From Pseudohongiellaceae bacterium (lineage in GTDB: Bacteria > Pseudomonadota > Gammaproteobacteria > Pseudomonadales > Pseudohongiellaceae): 64,000 nt of DNA. Of this stretch, positions 16,261 through 25,031 are shown piece by piece. The notes beneath the pieces are model-generated. The model was given only the letters and a program-made list of their open reading frames with translations. It made no database searches and had not been told where the DNA came from. The translations under genes were made by a program, and so were the position numbers. Position 1 is the first letter of the stretch. Every line of letters starts with the position of its first letter. Where the stretch lies: NCBI GenBank assembly GCA_044338855.1, contig JBIIWP010000002.1:3796-67795 (forward strand). Direction: 5' to 3'.

Positions 16261-18444
16261 ATGCCGACTTCGCGCCTTTCTTCTCTGGCCTCGTCACTGG
16301 CTTTGGCCGTCTGCAGCAGCATGTTACTGCAGGCCTGTGCGCCGGATTCGACACCGGCCCCCGCCGCACCTGAGCAGGCTGCTGCACCCGCAATGACAGC
16401 AGTTGCTGCGCTCGGCGCCAGCGGTCCCGACGCTGCGACGCTCGCCGCCGCAGCGAACAACGCAAGCGACTGGCTCAGCTATGGCCGCGACTACGCCGAG
16501 ACGCGCTTCAGCCCGCTGAACCAGATCAATGCCGACAATGTCACGCAACTGGGGCTCGCCTGGAGTTTTGACAGCGGCGAAGTGCGTGGCCACGAAGCGA
16601 CGCCACTGGTGCACGACGGCATCATTTACGCCACGCGCCCCTGGAGCAGCGTGTTCGCGCTGGACGCCCGCACCGGCGCACAGCTGTGGAACTTCGATCC
16701 GCAGGTAGACAAGAGCATGGGCTGGAAGGCCTGCTGCGATGTGGTGAACCGTGGTGTTGCGCTGTATGAAGGCAAGGTCTTCGTCGGCGCCCTCGACGGC
16801 CGCCTCATCGCACTCGATGCCCTTACCGGCGGCGTGCTGTGGGAAGTGCTGACGGTCGATCCCGAGCGCCCCTACACCATCACCGGTGCGCCACGGGTGG
16901 CTGACGGCAAGGTCATTATCGGCAACGGTGGCGCAGAACTGGGCTCGCGCGGTTACGTCACCGCCTACGACGCCAACACCGGTGCCGAGCAATGGCGCTT
17001 CTGGGTAGTACCAGGCAATCCTGCCGACGGCTTCGAGAATGAAGACATGGAGTTCGCTGCCACCACGTGGTCAGGCAACTGGTGGGAAGTGGGCGGAGGT
17101 GGCAATTCCTGGGATTCCATCATCTATGATCCCGAGGCGCGCCTCGTTTACGTCGGCACCGGCAACGGCGCGCCATGGAGCCACGAGCTGCGCAGCGAGG
17201 GTGTGGGTGACAATCTCTATCTGTCGTCCATCGTCGCGCTGCACGTAGACAGCGGCCGCGTGGCCTGGCACTACCAGACCACGCCCGCCGACAACTGGGA
17301 CTACACCGCCGTGCAACCGCTGATGCTGGCGGACATTCCCATCAACGGCGTGCTGCGCAAGGTCATCATGCAGGCGCCGAAGAACGGCTTTTTCTATGTC
17401 CTCGACAGAATCACCGGCGATCTCATTGCGGCTGACGCCTACGCCGAAGTGACCTGGGCCAGCGGTATCGACCTGGAGAGCGGCCGTCCGATCGAAACGC
17501 CGCAGGCGCGTTACGACAACGCCCTGAGCACCGTGATGCCCGGCCCCAGCGGCGCGCACAACTGGCATCCGATGTCGTTCAATCCGGTCACGGGTCTCGT
17601 GTACCTGCCCAGCATGCAGGGCACCTCGTTCCCCTACTCGGTCGAGGAAGGTTTCGTGCACCAGCCGGGCACCTGGAACATCGGCGTGAGCCGCAGCAAC
17701 TTCGCCAACCTCGAGCAGCGCCCGCAGGACCAGTATGCGGAAGGCACCGGCCCTGAGACGCGCTCGCCGGGAGCACTCATCGCCTGGGACCCGCTGACCC
17801 GCCAGCCGCGCTGGGTGGTGGACTATCCCTTCACGGTGAACGGCGGCACGCTGACCACGGCCGGTAATCTGGTGTTCCAGGGCGGCGCCGACGGCAAGCT
17901 GCGCGCGTTCACGGCGGATGCCGGTACTTTGCTGTGGGAAGTGGCGTTGGGCGTAGGCGTCATGGCGCCACCGATCACATATGAGCTCGACGGCGTGCAG
18001 TACCTCAGCGTTCTCGCAGGCTGGGGCGGTTCCGCTGGTCTGCTCAGTCCCGGCACCACTGGCACCTACAAAGGCGAAGGGCGTCTGTTCACGTTCGCAC
18101 TGGGTGGCGAGCAGGACTTTGAACCTGTGCGCGGACAGCCGCTGCCGGAACTGACCGCGATCGACTTCAATGACGACGCCGCGCTGCTGGCCCGTGGCGA
18201 AGACATCTACGGCCTGCGTTGCTCCGTCTGCCATGGCCGCAGCGCGGTGTCCGGTGGTTCCCTCGCCGATCTGCGTTATGCCAGCGCAGCCACCTACAAC
18301 ATTTTCCACGACATCGTGCGGCGCGGCGCCTACAGCGGGCTGGGCATGCCGAACTTCGGTGAGTTCATCACCGACGAGGATGCAGAGGCAGTCAAGCAGT
18401 GGTTGCTGGCGCGACGTGCTGCATTGATGGAGCAGGCACCATAG
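16261..18444 (+). CDS. PQQ-dependent quinohemoprotein alcohol dehydrogenase (type II ADH-like)
   Basis: Eight-bladed PQQ propeller signatures (DWLSYGRDY, GHEATPLV, W-rich repeats) and a C-terminal cytochrome c domain CSVCHG. The N-terminus has the lipobox LLQAC. ATG 16261 is preferred over the upstream start at 16222. Confidence 0.85.
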   Translation: MPTSRLSSLASSLALAVCSSMLLQACAPDSTPAPAAPEQAAAPAMTAVAALGASGPDAATLAAAANNASDWLSYGRDYAETRFSPLNQINADNVTQLGLAWSFDSGEVRGHEATPLVHDGIIYATRPWSSVFALDARTGAQLWNFDPQVDKSMGWKACCDVVNRGVALYEGKVFVGALDGRLIALDALTGGVLWEVLTVDPERPYTITGAPRVADGKVIIGNGGAELGSRGYVTAYDANTGAEQWRFWVVPGNPADGFENEDMEFAATTWSGNWWEVGGGGNSWDSIIYDPEARLVYVGTGNGAPWSHELRSEGVGDNLYLSSIVALHVDSGRVAWHYQTTPADNWDYTAVQPLMLADIPINGVLRKVIMQAPKNGFFYVLDRITGDLIAADAYAEVTWASGIDLESGRPIETPQARYDNALSTVMPGPSGAHNWHPMSFNPVTGLVYLPSMQGTSFPYSVEEGFVHQPGTWNIGVSRSNFANLEQRPQDQYAEGTGPETRSPGALIAWDPLTRQPRWVVDYPFTVNGGTLTTAGNLVFQGGADGKLRAFTADAGTLLWEVALGVGVMAPPITYELDGVQYLSVLAGWGGSAGLLSPGTTGTYKGEGRLFTFALGGEQDFEPVRGQPLPELTAIDFNDDAALLARGEDIYGLRCSVCHGRSAVSGGSLADLRYASAATYNIFHDIVRRGAYSGLGMPNFGEFITDEDAEAVKQWLLARRAALMEQAP

Positions 18445-18512
18445 TCTGAAGAGACCTCTGGCAATACGCTCAGTCGTCGAGAAAAGGCTCGGTCTTTACC
18501 AACGACTTCAGC

Positions 18513-19943
18513 TCACTGCAGCACGGCTGCTTCGATACCAAACCCGCTCAAGCTCATGGTGGCAGCATAGTAGGTAGCCAGCGCCACCTGGTGCGTCAGC
18601 GCCGCCTGAAGACGTTTGAGCTGGGCCTCGCCCACCTGGCGCTCACGCACGTTCAGCAGGAAAAAATCACTGATGCCCGCCGTAAACCGCTGCACTTCGG
18701 CTTCTGCGAGACGCCTGGATACCTCCAGCTCTTGCTGTGCGAGCACTTCCAGTTCCCGCGTGGCATCCAGATTAAGCAAGGCCTGACGTATATCGAGCCC
18801 CAACTGATCCTGCAGCTGGCGCATGGTGTGATCGATACCGTCCATCTCGGCACGCGCCGCTGCTGCCTTGCCGCTGGCGGTGCGGGTACGCAAGGGAACG
18901 CTGAAAACGAGTTTGGCTACATTGTCGGTACCCATCAGATTCACGGGCCCGCGACCAATGTCACGGGCCGCGTAGTACTCGAGGTCGACCTTGGGCTGCA
19001 TGCTGTTCAACGCAAGACGTTCGTCGAGTCCTGCCTGCTCGCGCGCTACTTCCAACTGGCGTATTTCCGGTCGCCTTTCGAGCACTGCCGCCACAATCTC
19101 AGGAATGGGACGCTCTAGCAGCTCTGACTGGTCGGGCGGCAACTCCAGCGTTGGCGCATAGACCGGCTGCTGCATACCGCCATCGACATCGCGCAGGTAC
19201 AACGCCAACTGCTGTGCCGCCATGTCGAGCTGGCGCTGGGCATCCACGACCAGACCCCGGCGCTGCAGGATGGCCTGGTCATTCTCAACCTGCAGGATTT
19301 CGGCAACGGCACCAGAGTCCACCTGCGTAGTCAAGGCTTCGCCGCGCGCATCGGCCAGCTGCAACAACTCCTCGTAAGCCGTCAGCAGGCGTGCCGCCAT
19401 GAGCCAGCGTGCGTAGGCAACATAGGCGGTTTCAAGGACATCCAGCTTTACGGCATTGAGTTCCTGCGAATCGGCCAGCAGTTCCAGCTGGCTTTCGATC
19501 ACGCTCGCACGACGCTCATCAATGTCGCGGTCACGCCACAGCGACAGGCCGACACCGGCGCGCGCTTCCCCGCCACTCAGCGTGAAACCTCCGTCCTCGT
19601 AGGTGGGAAAGTTGCCGTCGGAGATACGGTAGCCGGCGAAAGCACGGGCATTGAACAGGGGAAAGTTCTGTACGAGTCCGGCATCGCCACCGTGACCATC
19701 GTAATAGCCGCCAAGTCGCCCGCCCAGACTGCCGTCGATGCGCGGATCAAAGATACCTTCAGCCGCCATCACCAGCGCCTGACTGCTTTCTACCGAACTC
19801 TGCACCGCGAGGATGCGCGGCAGGTGGCGCAAGCTGCTGTCGAGCACCTGCTGCAAGGTCGTAGGCTCAGTGGCAGGCTGCGCCTGCAGCGGCAAGTGGC
19901 AAGAAACGAGGCCGAGCAAGACCAGTAACGCGCGCACCTTCAT
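18513..19943 (-). CDS. TolC-family outer-membrane efflux protein
   Basis: Signal peptide MKVRALLVLLGLVSCHLPLQA and two OEP-type repeats rich in coiled-coil sequence. Its start overlaps the HlyD stop (ATGA). Confidence 0.8.
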   Translation of the reverse strand: MKVRALLVLLGLVSCHLPLQAQPATEPTTLQQVLDSSLRHLPRILAVQSSVESSQALVMAAEGIFDPRIDGSLGGRLGGYYDGHGGDAGLVQNFPLFNARAFAGYRISDGNFPTYEDGGFTLSGGEARAGVGLSLWRDRDIDERRASVIESQLELLADSQELNAVKLDVLETAYVAYARWLMAARLLTAYEELLQLADARGEALTTQVDSGAVAEILQVENDQAILQRRGLVVDAQRQLDMAAQQLALYLRDVDGGMQQPVYAPTLELPPDQSELLERPIPEIVAAVLERRPEIRQLEVAREQAGLDERLALNSMQPKVDLEYYAARDIGRGPVNLMGTDNVAKLVFSVPLRTRTASGKAAAARAEMDGIDHTMRQLQDQLGLDIRQALLNLDATRELEVLAQQELEVSRRLAEAEVQRFTAGISDFFLLNVRERQVGEAQLKRLQAALTHQVALATYYAATMSLSGFGIEAAVLQ

Positions 19944-21082
19944 CTCGCAGCTCCCGTGTCGAGCACGCCACTGGCAGTGACGGCCGCATTGACCGGTGGA
20001 AAGTTGTTCATGCGGCGCCAGAGCTCATAGCCCAGCGGCACGGTCTCCAGCAGCACCCAGCCCTGTACGCTCGCGCCAAGGCGCACGAAGGATTCTGGTG
20101 GCCAGCCGCAATTGCCGGCCACGTTGAGGCCCGGGCGCATATCGACGCCGAAGCAGCCTGCTTCCAGCTTGTCCTCCGCCAGCAGCACGCGGAAGCTGCC
20201 ATCGACCCGGGCATTGGGTTCCACGAACACGACTTCGGCCGCGAAGGTGCCGACCGCGAATTCCGGCAGACCGCTGAACTGGAAGGCCGGCCAGCCATCG
20301 AACTGCAGGCGTGCCTTGCGTCCGGGATGCACGAGACCGATGTCGCGACCCTCCAGATAAATCTCCACTACCCGCTCCGTGCCGGCCGGCATGAAGGTCG
20401 CCAAGGCCTGACCGGCGCTGACCATCGTGGCGACGTCCCCGGCTTCCACATGCATGATGGTGCCGTAGCGCGGCGCCACCACCAACTGGCTGCCCTGACG
20501 CGACAGGTTCACTTCGGCATCGTTGACCTCGCCCTGCGCCTGTTCCTCGGTGATACGCAGTTGCTGCACACGGATCGAAGCCTGCTCGAGGTCGAGGCGC
20601 GAGGCCAGGCCATCGGCGAACAGCGACTCCCGACGCACCAGATCAAGGCCAGCCGTGCGCGTGGCGTCGCGTGCCGCCTCAAGCTTGCGCCTGGCAGCCT
20701 GCAGCTGCGCATCGAGGCGCGCTACCAGTTCATCGTCTACGTCCACGATGCGCACGAGGGGATCACCGGCTTTTACGGTGGATGCATCGCTTACATACCA
20801 TTCCGCGATACGTCCCGAGACCATGGCACTGATGTTCTGCACGCGGTCGCGCGGATCCAGTGTGGTCACCCGACCCGGTCCCGTGGTGGTCTGCACCCAG
20901 GGCATCAGGGCGAGAACTGCGCCTGTCAACAGCAGGGTGAGCAGTACCAACCAGGCGACGACACGCAGGACCCGCGGCAGGCGGATTTCCTGCAGCGCCG
21001 AGAATGCCGCAAGGTGCGGTGCGACGTAGGCATGGTCGAAGGAAAATTTTCCTGCGCGTTTTCTGTCATGAGCTGCAGCCAT
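19940..21082 (-). CDS. HlyD-family periplasmic adaptor (type I secretion / ABC-type tripartite efflux)
   Basis: Short cytoplasmic N-terminus, single TM (VVAWLVLLTLLLTGAVLALMPW), a lipoyl-like segment (ISAMVSGRIAEWYV...GDPLVRI) and a coiled coil. ATG 21082 lies 4 nt after the ABC stop. Confidence 0.8.
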   Translation of the reverse strand: MAAAHDRKRAGKFSFDHAYVAPHLAAFSALQEIRLPRVLRVVAWLVLLTLLLTGAVLALMPWVQTTTGPGRVTTLDPRDRVQNISAMVSGRIAEWYVSDASTVKAGDPLVRIVDVDDELVARLDAQLQAARRKLEAARDATRTAGLDLVRRESLFADGLASRLDLEQASIRVQQLRITEEQAQGEVNDAEVNLSRQGSQLVVAPRYGTIMHVEAGDVATMVSAGQALATFMPAGTERVVEIYLEGRDIGLVHPGRKARLQFDGWPAFQFSGLPEFAVGTFAAEVVFVEPNARVDGSFRVLLAEDKLEAGCFGVDMRPGLNVAGNCGWPPESFVRLGASVQGWVLLETVPLGYELWRRMNNFPPVNAAVTASGVLDTGAAR

Positions 21083-21086
21083 GGTC

Positions 21087-22757
21087 TCAGGCTCCTGTAT
21101 CGGCACTAAGAATGAGGTAATCATCATGCAGTTCCAGCTGCGTATCGGCGCCCGGAACTTCGCGCTGGCTGAATGCAATGAGGATGCGGCCGCTGCTGCG
21201 CCAGGCGTTGATAAAGGCCTCCAGATGCGGCCGCGAGAGGCAGTCGAATATCTGCGTCAGCACCAGTACCCGCGCCTCGCCGAGCAGGGCGTGCGCAAGT
21301 TTCACCCGCAGCGCCTGGTCCAGCAACAGTGGCGCGCCACTGTAGCTGAGCTCGGTGTCGAGTCCTTCCGGGAGCTCTCGCACGCAGGTATCGAGATCCA
21401 GCAAAGACAGCACCTCGTGCAGGCGCGACGGGGTCACGGTGCCACCCGCCAGAGCCAGGTAATCCCGCAGCGTCATCGGTACCAGGGTCTGGCGGTCCAG
21501 CACACACAGCAACGAGCGCTGCTGCGGCAGACTGCAGGAGAGCAGGTCGAGCTCGCCCAGCCACATGCCACCACCACGGACCTGCACATCGCGTTGCAGC
21601 AAGCCACAGAACAGATTCTGGATGCGACCGTTGGGGGCGGACGCTGCGACCACACTGCCGGGCGCCAGCTCCAGATTCAGCGTCATTTCGCCACGCACAG
21701 TCACTGCCTGCAGCTTGCGCAGCTGCAGGGCTCCCTGCGGGATCGCTGCCGGCGGCAGAATCACCAGCTTCTCGACCTCCACCTCATCCAGGCGATAAAG
21801 TTCTTCGGCCGCTGCACAAACGTCGTAGTAGTAACCAAGATAGCCTGAGAGCTGCGGCAGCGAATACAGGATGGCTGACATGATGAGTTCGGCCGCCACC
21901 AGTTGCCCCAGTGTCAGTTCACCGCGGATCACGAGCCAGCCGCCGATGGCCAGCAGTACGGCACTGGCCAGCGCATACAGCAGCAAAAAGCTCAGCAACT
22001 GGCGGAACCCATGGCGGAAGTGCGAGACCTGCGCATCCAGGTGGCTGCGGATCAAGCGTTCACTTTCCTGCAGGGCGGCGTCGGTGCAGTGCTGCGTCTT
22101 GAAGAAGGCATTGTTCACGGCAAGGCCCTGCAGCCAGGCTGCCGTGTCGTGCTTGGCTTGTGACAGCTCGAAAGAGGAGGTGATGGCCTTCCAGCTCCAC
22201 AGCTTCCACACCAGCCACAGCAGCAGCACCAGTCCGACACTGAAAATGAAAAAGTAGAAGTGGTACAGGGAGACCATGATGAAACCGATCACCCCCTGGA
22301 ACAGCAGCGTGAACCCGTTGCTGAGGATGTAGGGTACGTTCTTCTTCAGCGTCATGATGTCGAAGAAGCGGTTGAACAAGGCAGCACGCCGGCCCGGATC
22401 GAAGTAACCGATCTGCGCCAGGAGGCCAGTCATGGCGATCTCCGCCGTGATACGGGTAAAGAGGCGGCGGCTGAACAGCTCCATGGTCCAGGCACGCAGG
22501 GCGTACAGCACCCCTGACACCACCAGCAGCACGAACAACAGCACCCCGATACTGATAACGGCACTGAACAGACCGGTGTTGGACACGCTGTCGATCAGCA
22601 GTTGGACCGACAAGGGGATGGCCAGGGTCAACAGGGATATGGCTATGCTGTAGACCAGTACCACCCTGTAGAACGCACTCTCCGGTCCCAGCATGCGCGC
22701 AAACAAGCGCCTGAATGCTGCTGGCCCTGGTAACTCATGTGCTGCTGTTGCCGCCAT
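21087..22757 (-). CDS. ABC-exporter-like half transporter with a fully degenerate nucleotide-binding domain
   Basis: The N-terminal six-TM ABC_membrane-like region is intact. In the C-terminal NBD-like region Walker A reads AASAPNGRI, the signature reads LSYSG, Walker B reads VLVLTQ and the H-loop His is Gln. A GGGGGAG SD precedes the ATG. Confidence 0.75.
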   Translation of the reverse strand: MAATAAHELPGPAAFRRLFARMLGPESAFYRVVLVYSIAISLLTLAIPLSVQLLIDSVSNTGLFSAVISIGVLLFVLLVVSGVLYALRAWTMELFSRRLFTRITAEIAMTGLLAQIGYFDPGRRAALFNRFFDIMTLKKNVPYILSNGFTLLFQGVIGFIMVSLYHFYFFIFSVGLVLLLWLVWKLWSWKAITSSFELSQAKHDTAAWLQGLAVNNAFFKTQHCTDAALQESERLIRSHLDAQVSHFRHGFRQLLSFLLLYALASAVLLAIGGWLVIRGELTLGQLVAAELIMSAILYSLPQLSGYLGYYYDVCAAAEELYRLDEVEVEKLVILPPAAIPQGALQLRKLQAVTVRGEMTLNLELAPGSVVAASAPNGRIQNLFCGLLQRDVQVRGGGMWLGELDLLSCSLPQQRSLLCVLDRQTLVPMTLRDYLALAGGTVTPSRLHEVLSLLDLDTCVRELPEGLDTELSYSGAPLLLDQALRVKLAHALLGEARVLVLTQIFDCLSRPHLEAFINAWRSSGRILIAFSQREVPGADTQLELHDDYLILSADTGA

Positions 22758-22809
22758 TCACTCCCCCTGCGCCCAGCGCAATACCCAACTAAAAAGCTCA
22801 GGTATGGTA

Positions 22810-22860
22810 ATGAAGTCTTTTACTTCATGAATCCCGGTTCTTGATAGTTTTTTAATATCA
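22810..22860. promoter_or_regulatory. Two palindromes in the AT-rich region upstream of the exporter operon
   Basis: ATGAAGT-N5-ACTTCAT (22810-22828) and TGATA-N9-TATCA (22842-22860), within the 146-bp low-GC gap between the symporter stop and the ABC start. Confidence 0.4.
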
Positions 22861-22903
22861 CGCACGCACCAAATCAGGGCGCTTGCAGACCACTTTTCGT
22901 TGG

Positions 22904-24295
22904 TCAGACAACAGCTTGTCGGCGGGTCAGCCACAAGCCCGACACCATGCCGAATCCAGAGGCCAGCAAGCCCATGAACATCGCCGGGACCGGAAAGTCG
23001 GTCTGGCCGTAGGCAAACCACAGATATGCCAGCAGACCCAGCAGCATGGCGGCGAGGGCCGCTCCGGCCGAAGCGCGGGGCACAAACAGCGCGCACAGCA
23101 TCGGGACCAGGATGGATACGGCGCCCAGAATGGAGGACTCCGCGACAAGATCATAGATATTGCCGCTGTTCAGGGCCAGCACGGTGGCAATGATCGCCAT
23201 CACCAGTACCGACCCACGCGAGATCCACAGCAGTTCGCGGTCACTCGCCGCTGGCCGCAACAGCGGTTTGATGAGGTTTTCCGCCAGGATCGACGATGGC
23301 GCCAGCAGGGCGCCACTGCAGGTACTGAAGATGGCCGAAATCAGCGCGCCATAGAACAGTACCTGCAGCCACAGCGGCGCATGCAGCGACACCAGTGTCA
23401 GCAGCGCATTCTGCGTATCGCCCTGCAACAACTGCGGTTCCAGGCGCAGGACCACCAGCCCAAGGTACAGGGGCAGCAGCGCGAACAGCAGGTAGAGAAA
23501 AGCACCGCAGAAGGTGGAACGTACCGCGATCGTCTCGCTGCGCGCAGCGTTGGCGCGCTGGAAGATGTCCTGCGAGGCCAGTGAGCCCAGCCCCAGCGTC
23601 AACCAGGCTGCCGTCCAGTCCAGCCAGCTCATGCCGTTGGCAGCCGTCGGCACGAATTCGAAGAACTGCGCGCGCGGTGGCTCCATCAAGGTGGCGAAGC
23701 CCACACGATTGGTGAAGAACACACAGAGCAGCAGCAGTCCCGTGATGATCACGAGGCTCTGCACGAAGTCCGTCAGCGACACGGCCCACATGCCTCCGGC
23801 GCTGGTGTAGGCCGTAACGATCACGGCACTGAGCAAGAGGCCACTGTGCGGCGAAAGTCCGAACACTGTCTCGAACAGCAAGCTCAGCGCGATGAGCTGT
23901 GCTGCGATGTAACCGACGAAGGTAAGGATCATGCAGATGGCCGCGACGCTTTCGACGCGCGCGCCGTAATGCTGGCGGAACAGGTCGCCCAAAGTCAGCA
24001 GGTTGCGACGGTACAACGGCCGCACCAGGAACAAGGCAAACAGCACGAGACAGAGAAACCCGCCGAAGGGATCCTCGATGACACCGAGCAGCCCGTGCTG
24101 CATGAATTCGGCACTGGCGCCGAACACCGTTTCGGAGCCGAACCACAGTGCAAACAACGCCATGGAGCTCAGCATGAACGGCAAGCGGCGGCTGGCATTG
24201 ATGAAGTCGCCGCTGCCGCGGATCAGCGTGGCCGCGACGAGGCCAATGCACAGGGTGACAAGCAGGTACAGCGCGACGAAGAAGCCCAGAGACAT
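22904..24295 (-). CDS. Sodium:solute symporter family (SSF) transporter
   Basis: ~13 TM segments. GGMWAVSLTDFVQ resembles the SSF signature (compare PutP GGFLAVSWTDTVQ). ATG 24295 (MSLGFFVALYLL) lies 7 nt after the deacetylase stop. Confidence 0.8.
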   Translation of the reverse strand: MSLGFFVALYLLVTLCIGLVAATLIRGSGDFINASRRLPFMLSSMALFALWFGSETVFGASAEFMQHGLLGVIEDPFGGFLCLVLFALFLVRPLYRRNLLTLGDLFRQHYGARVESVAAICMILTFVGYIAAQLIALSLLFETVFGLSPHSGLLLSAVIVTAYTSAGGMWAVSLTDFVQSLVIITGLLLLCVFFTNRVGFATLMEPPRAQFFEFVPTAANGMSWLDWTAAWLTLGLGSLASQDIFQRANAARSETIAVRSTFCGAFLYLLFALLPLYLGLVVLRLEPQLLQGDTQNALLTLVSLHAPLWLQVLFYGALISAIFSTCSGALLAPSSILAENLIKPLLRPAASDRELLWISRGSVLVMAIIATVLALNSGNIYDLVAESSILGAVSILVPMLCALFVPRASAGAALAAMLLGLLAYLWFAYGQTDFPVPAMFMGLLASGFGMVSGLWLTRRQAVV

Positions 24296-24302
24296 GCAGC
24301 GC

Positions 24303-25031
24303 TCAGGCGTCGAAGAAGCGTTGCACGCGCCGCTGCAACAGTTCTTGCAACGACTGCTGCAGCTCATCGCGGCTGAAATGGTAGAAGCCTTCGGCGTAGC
24401 TTACCTGTCGCGGCAGGCTGAACGTACGCAGCCTGTTCATGGCTTCAACGATCTCGATGTAGTTGTTCTCATCGAGCTGGCTCAGGTACTGCATCATGAG
24501 CGCGCGCTTGCCGGGCATCTGCGCGGTGATGTCGACTAGGCGGTTGACGGGATTCTGCACGCTGATTTCATAGGCTATCGCTGCAGGTCGTTGTGCTTCC
24601 GGCAACTGTTGCAGCGCGGCCCACACCAGCAGCGCGGTGGCGCGATGATCCGGGTGCGGCTCGTACATGCCGGGAAGGAACACGCAAGCCGGTGCCCGCT
24701 CGCTGATCAGGTCGGCGAGTACGCGGACCAAGGCGTCCTGCGGCACGAGCCCGCGATCCGGTTCACCCAGGAAAAATACGCTGGCCAGGCCCAGGGCTGC
24801 TGCAACCGCCCACGCCTCACGTTGGCGCACGCGCACCAGATCATCCTGCTGACCACCAAGCGCACCATCGGTCATGATGACCAGATGTACCTGGATGCCG
24901 GCATCGCGCGCGCGCAACAAGGTCCCGCCCATGCCAAAGGTTTCGTCATCTGCGTGCGGAGCGAAGACCAGCCAGGGTCCCGGAGCAAGGTCGCTGACGC
25001 TGTAGGGAACGATGTGTGCTTCGCTGATCAT
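24303..25031 (-). CDS. PIG-L / LmbE family N-acetyl deacetylase
   Basis: PHADDETFGMGG and HPDH zinc-binding motifs. Start ATG 25031 forms an ATGA overlap with the upstream GNAT gene. Confidence 0.8.
   Translation of the reverse strand: MISEAHIVPYSVSDLAPGPWLVFAPHADDETFGMGGTLLRARDAGIQVHLVIMTDGALGGQQDDLVRVRQREAWAVAAALGLASVFFLGEPDRGLVPQDALVRVLADLISERAPACVFLPGMYEPHPDHRATALLVWAALQQLPEAQRPAAIAYEISVQNPVNRLVDITAQMPGKRALMMQYLSQLDENNYIEIVEAMNRLRTFSLPRQVSYAEGFYHFSRDELQQSLQELLQRRVQRFFDA

Noticed and set aside
22804-22830. Mini-ORF ATG GTA ATG AAG TCT TTT ACT TCA TGA (MVMKSFTS) as a possible exporter cargo or leader peptide
   Set aside because: It has only 8 codons, lies on the strand opposite to the operon, has no SD, and coincides with the palindrome, which explains its symmetric sequence.
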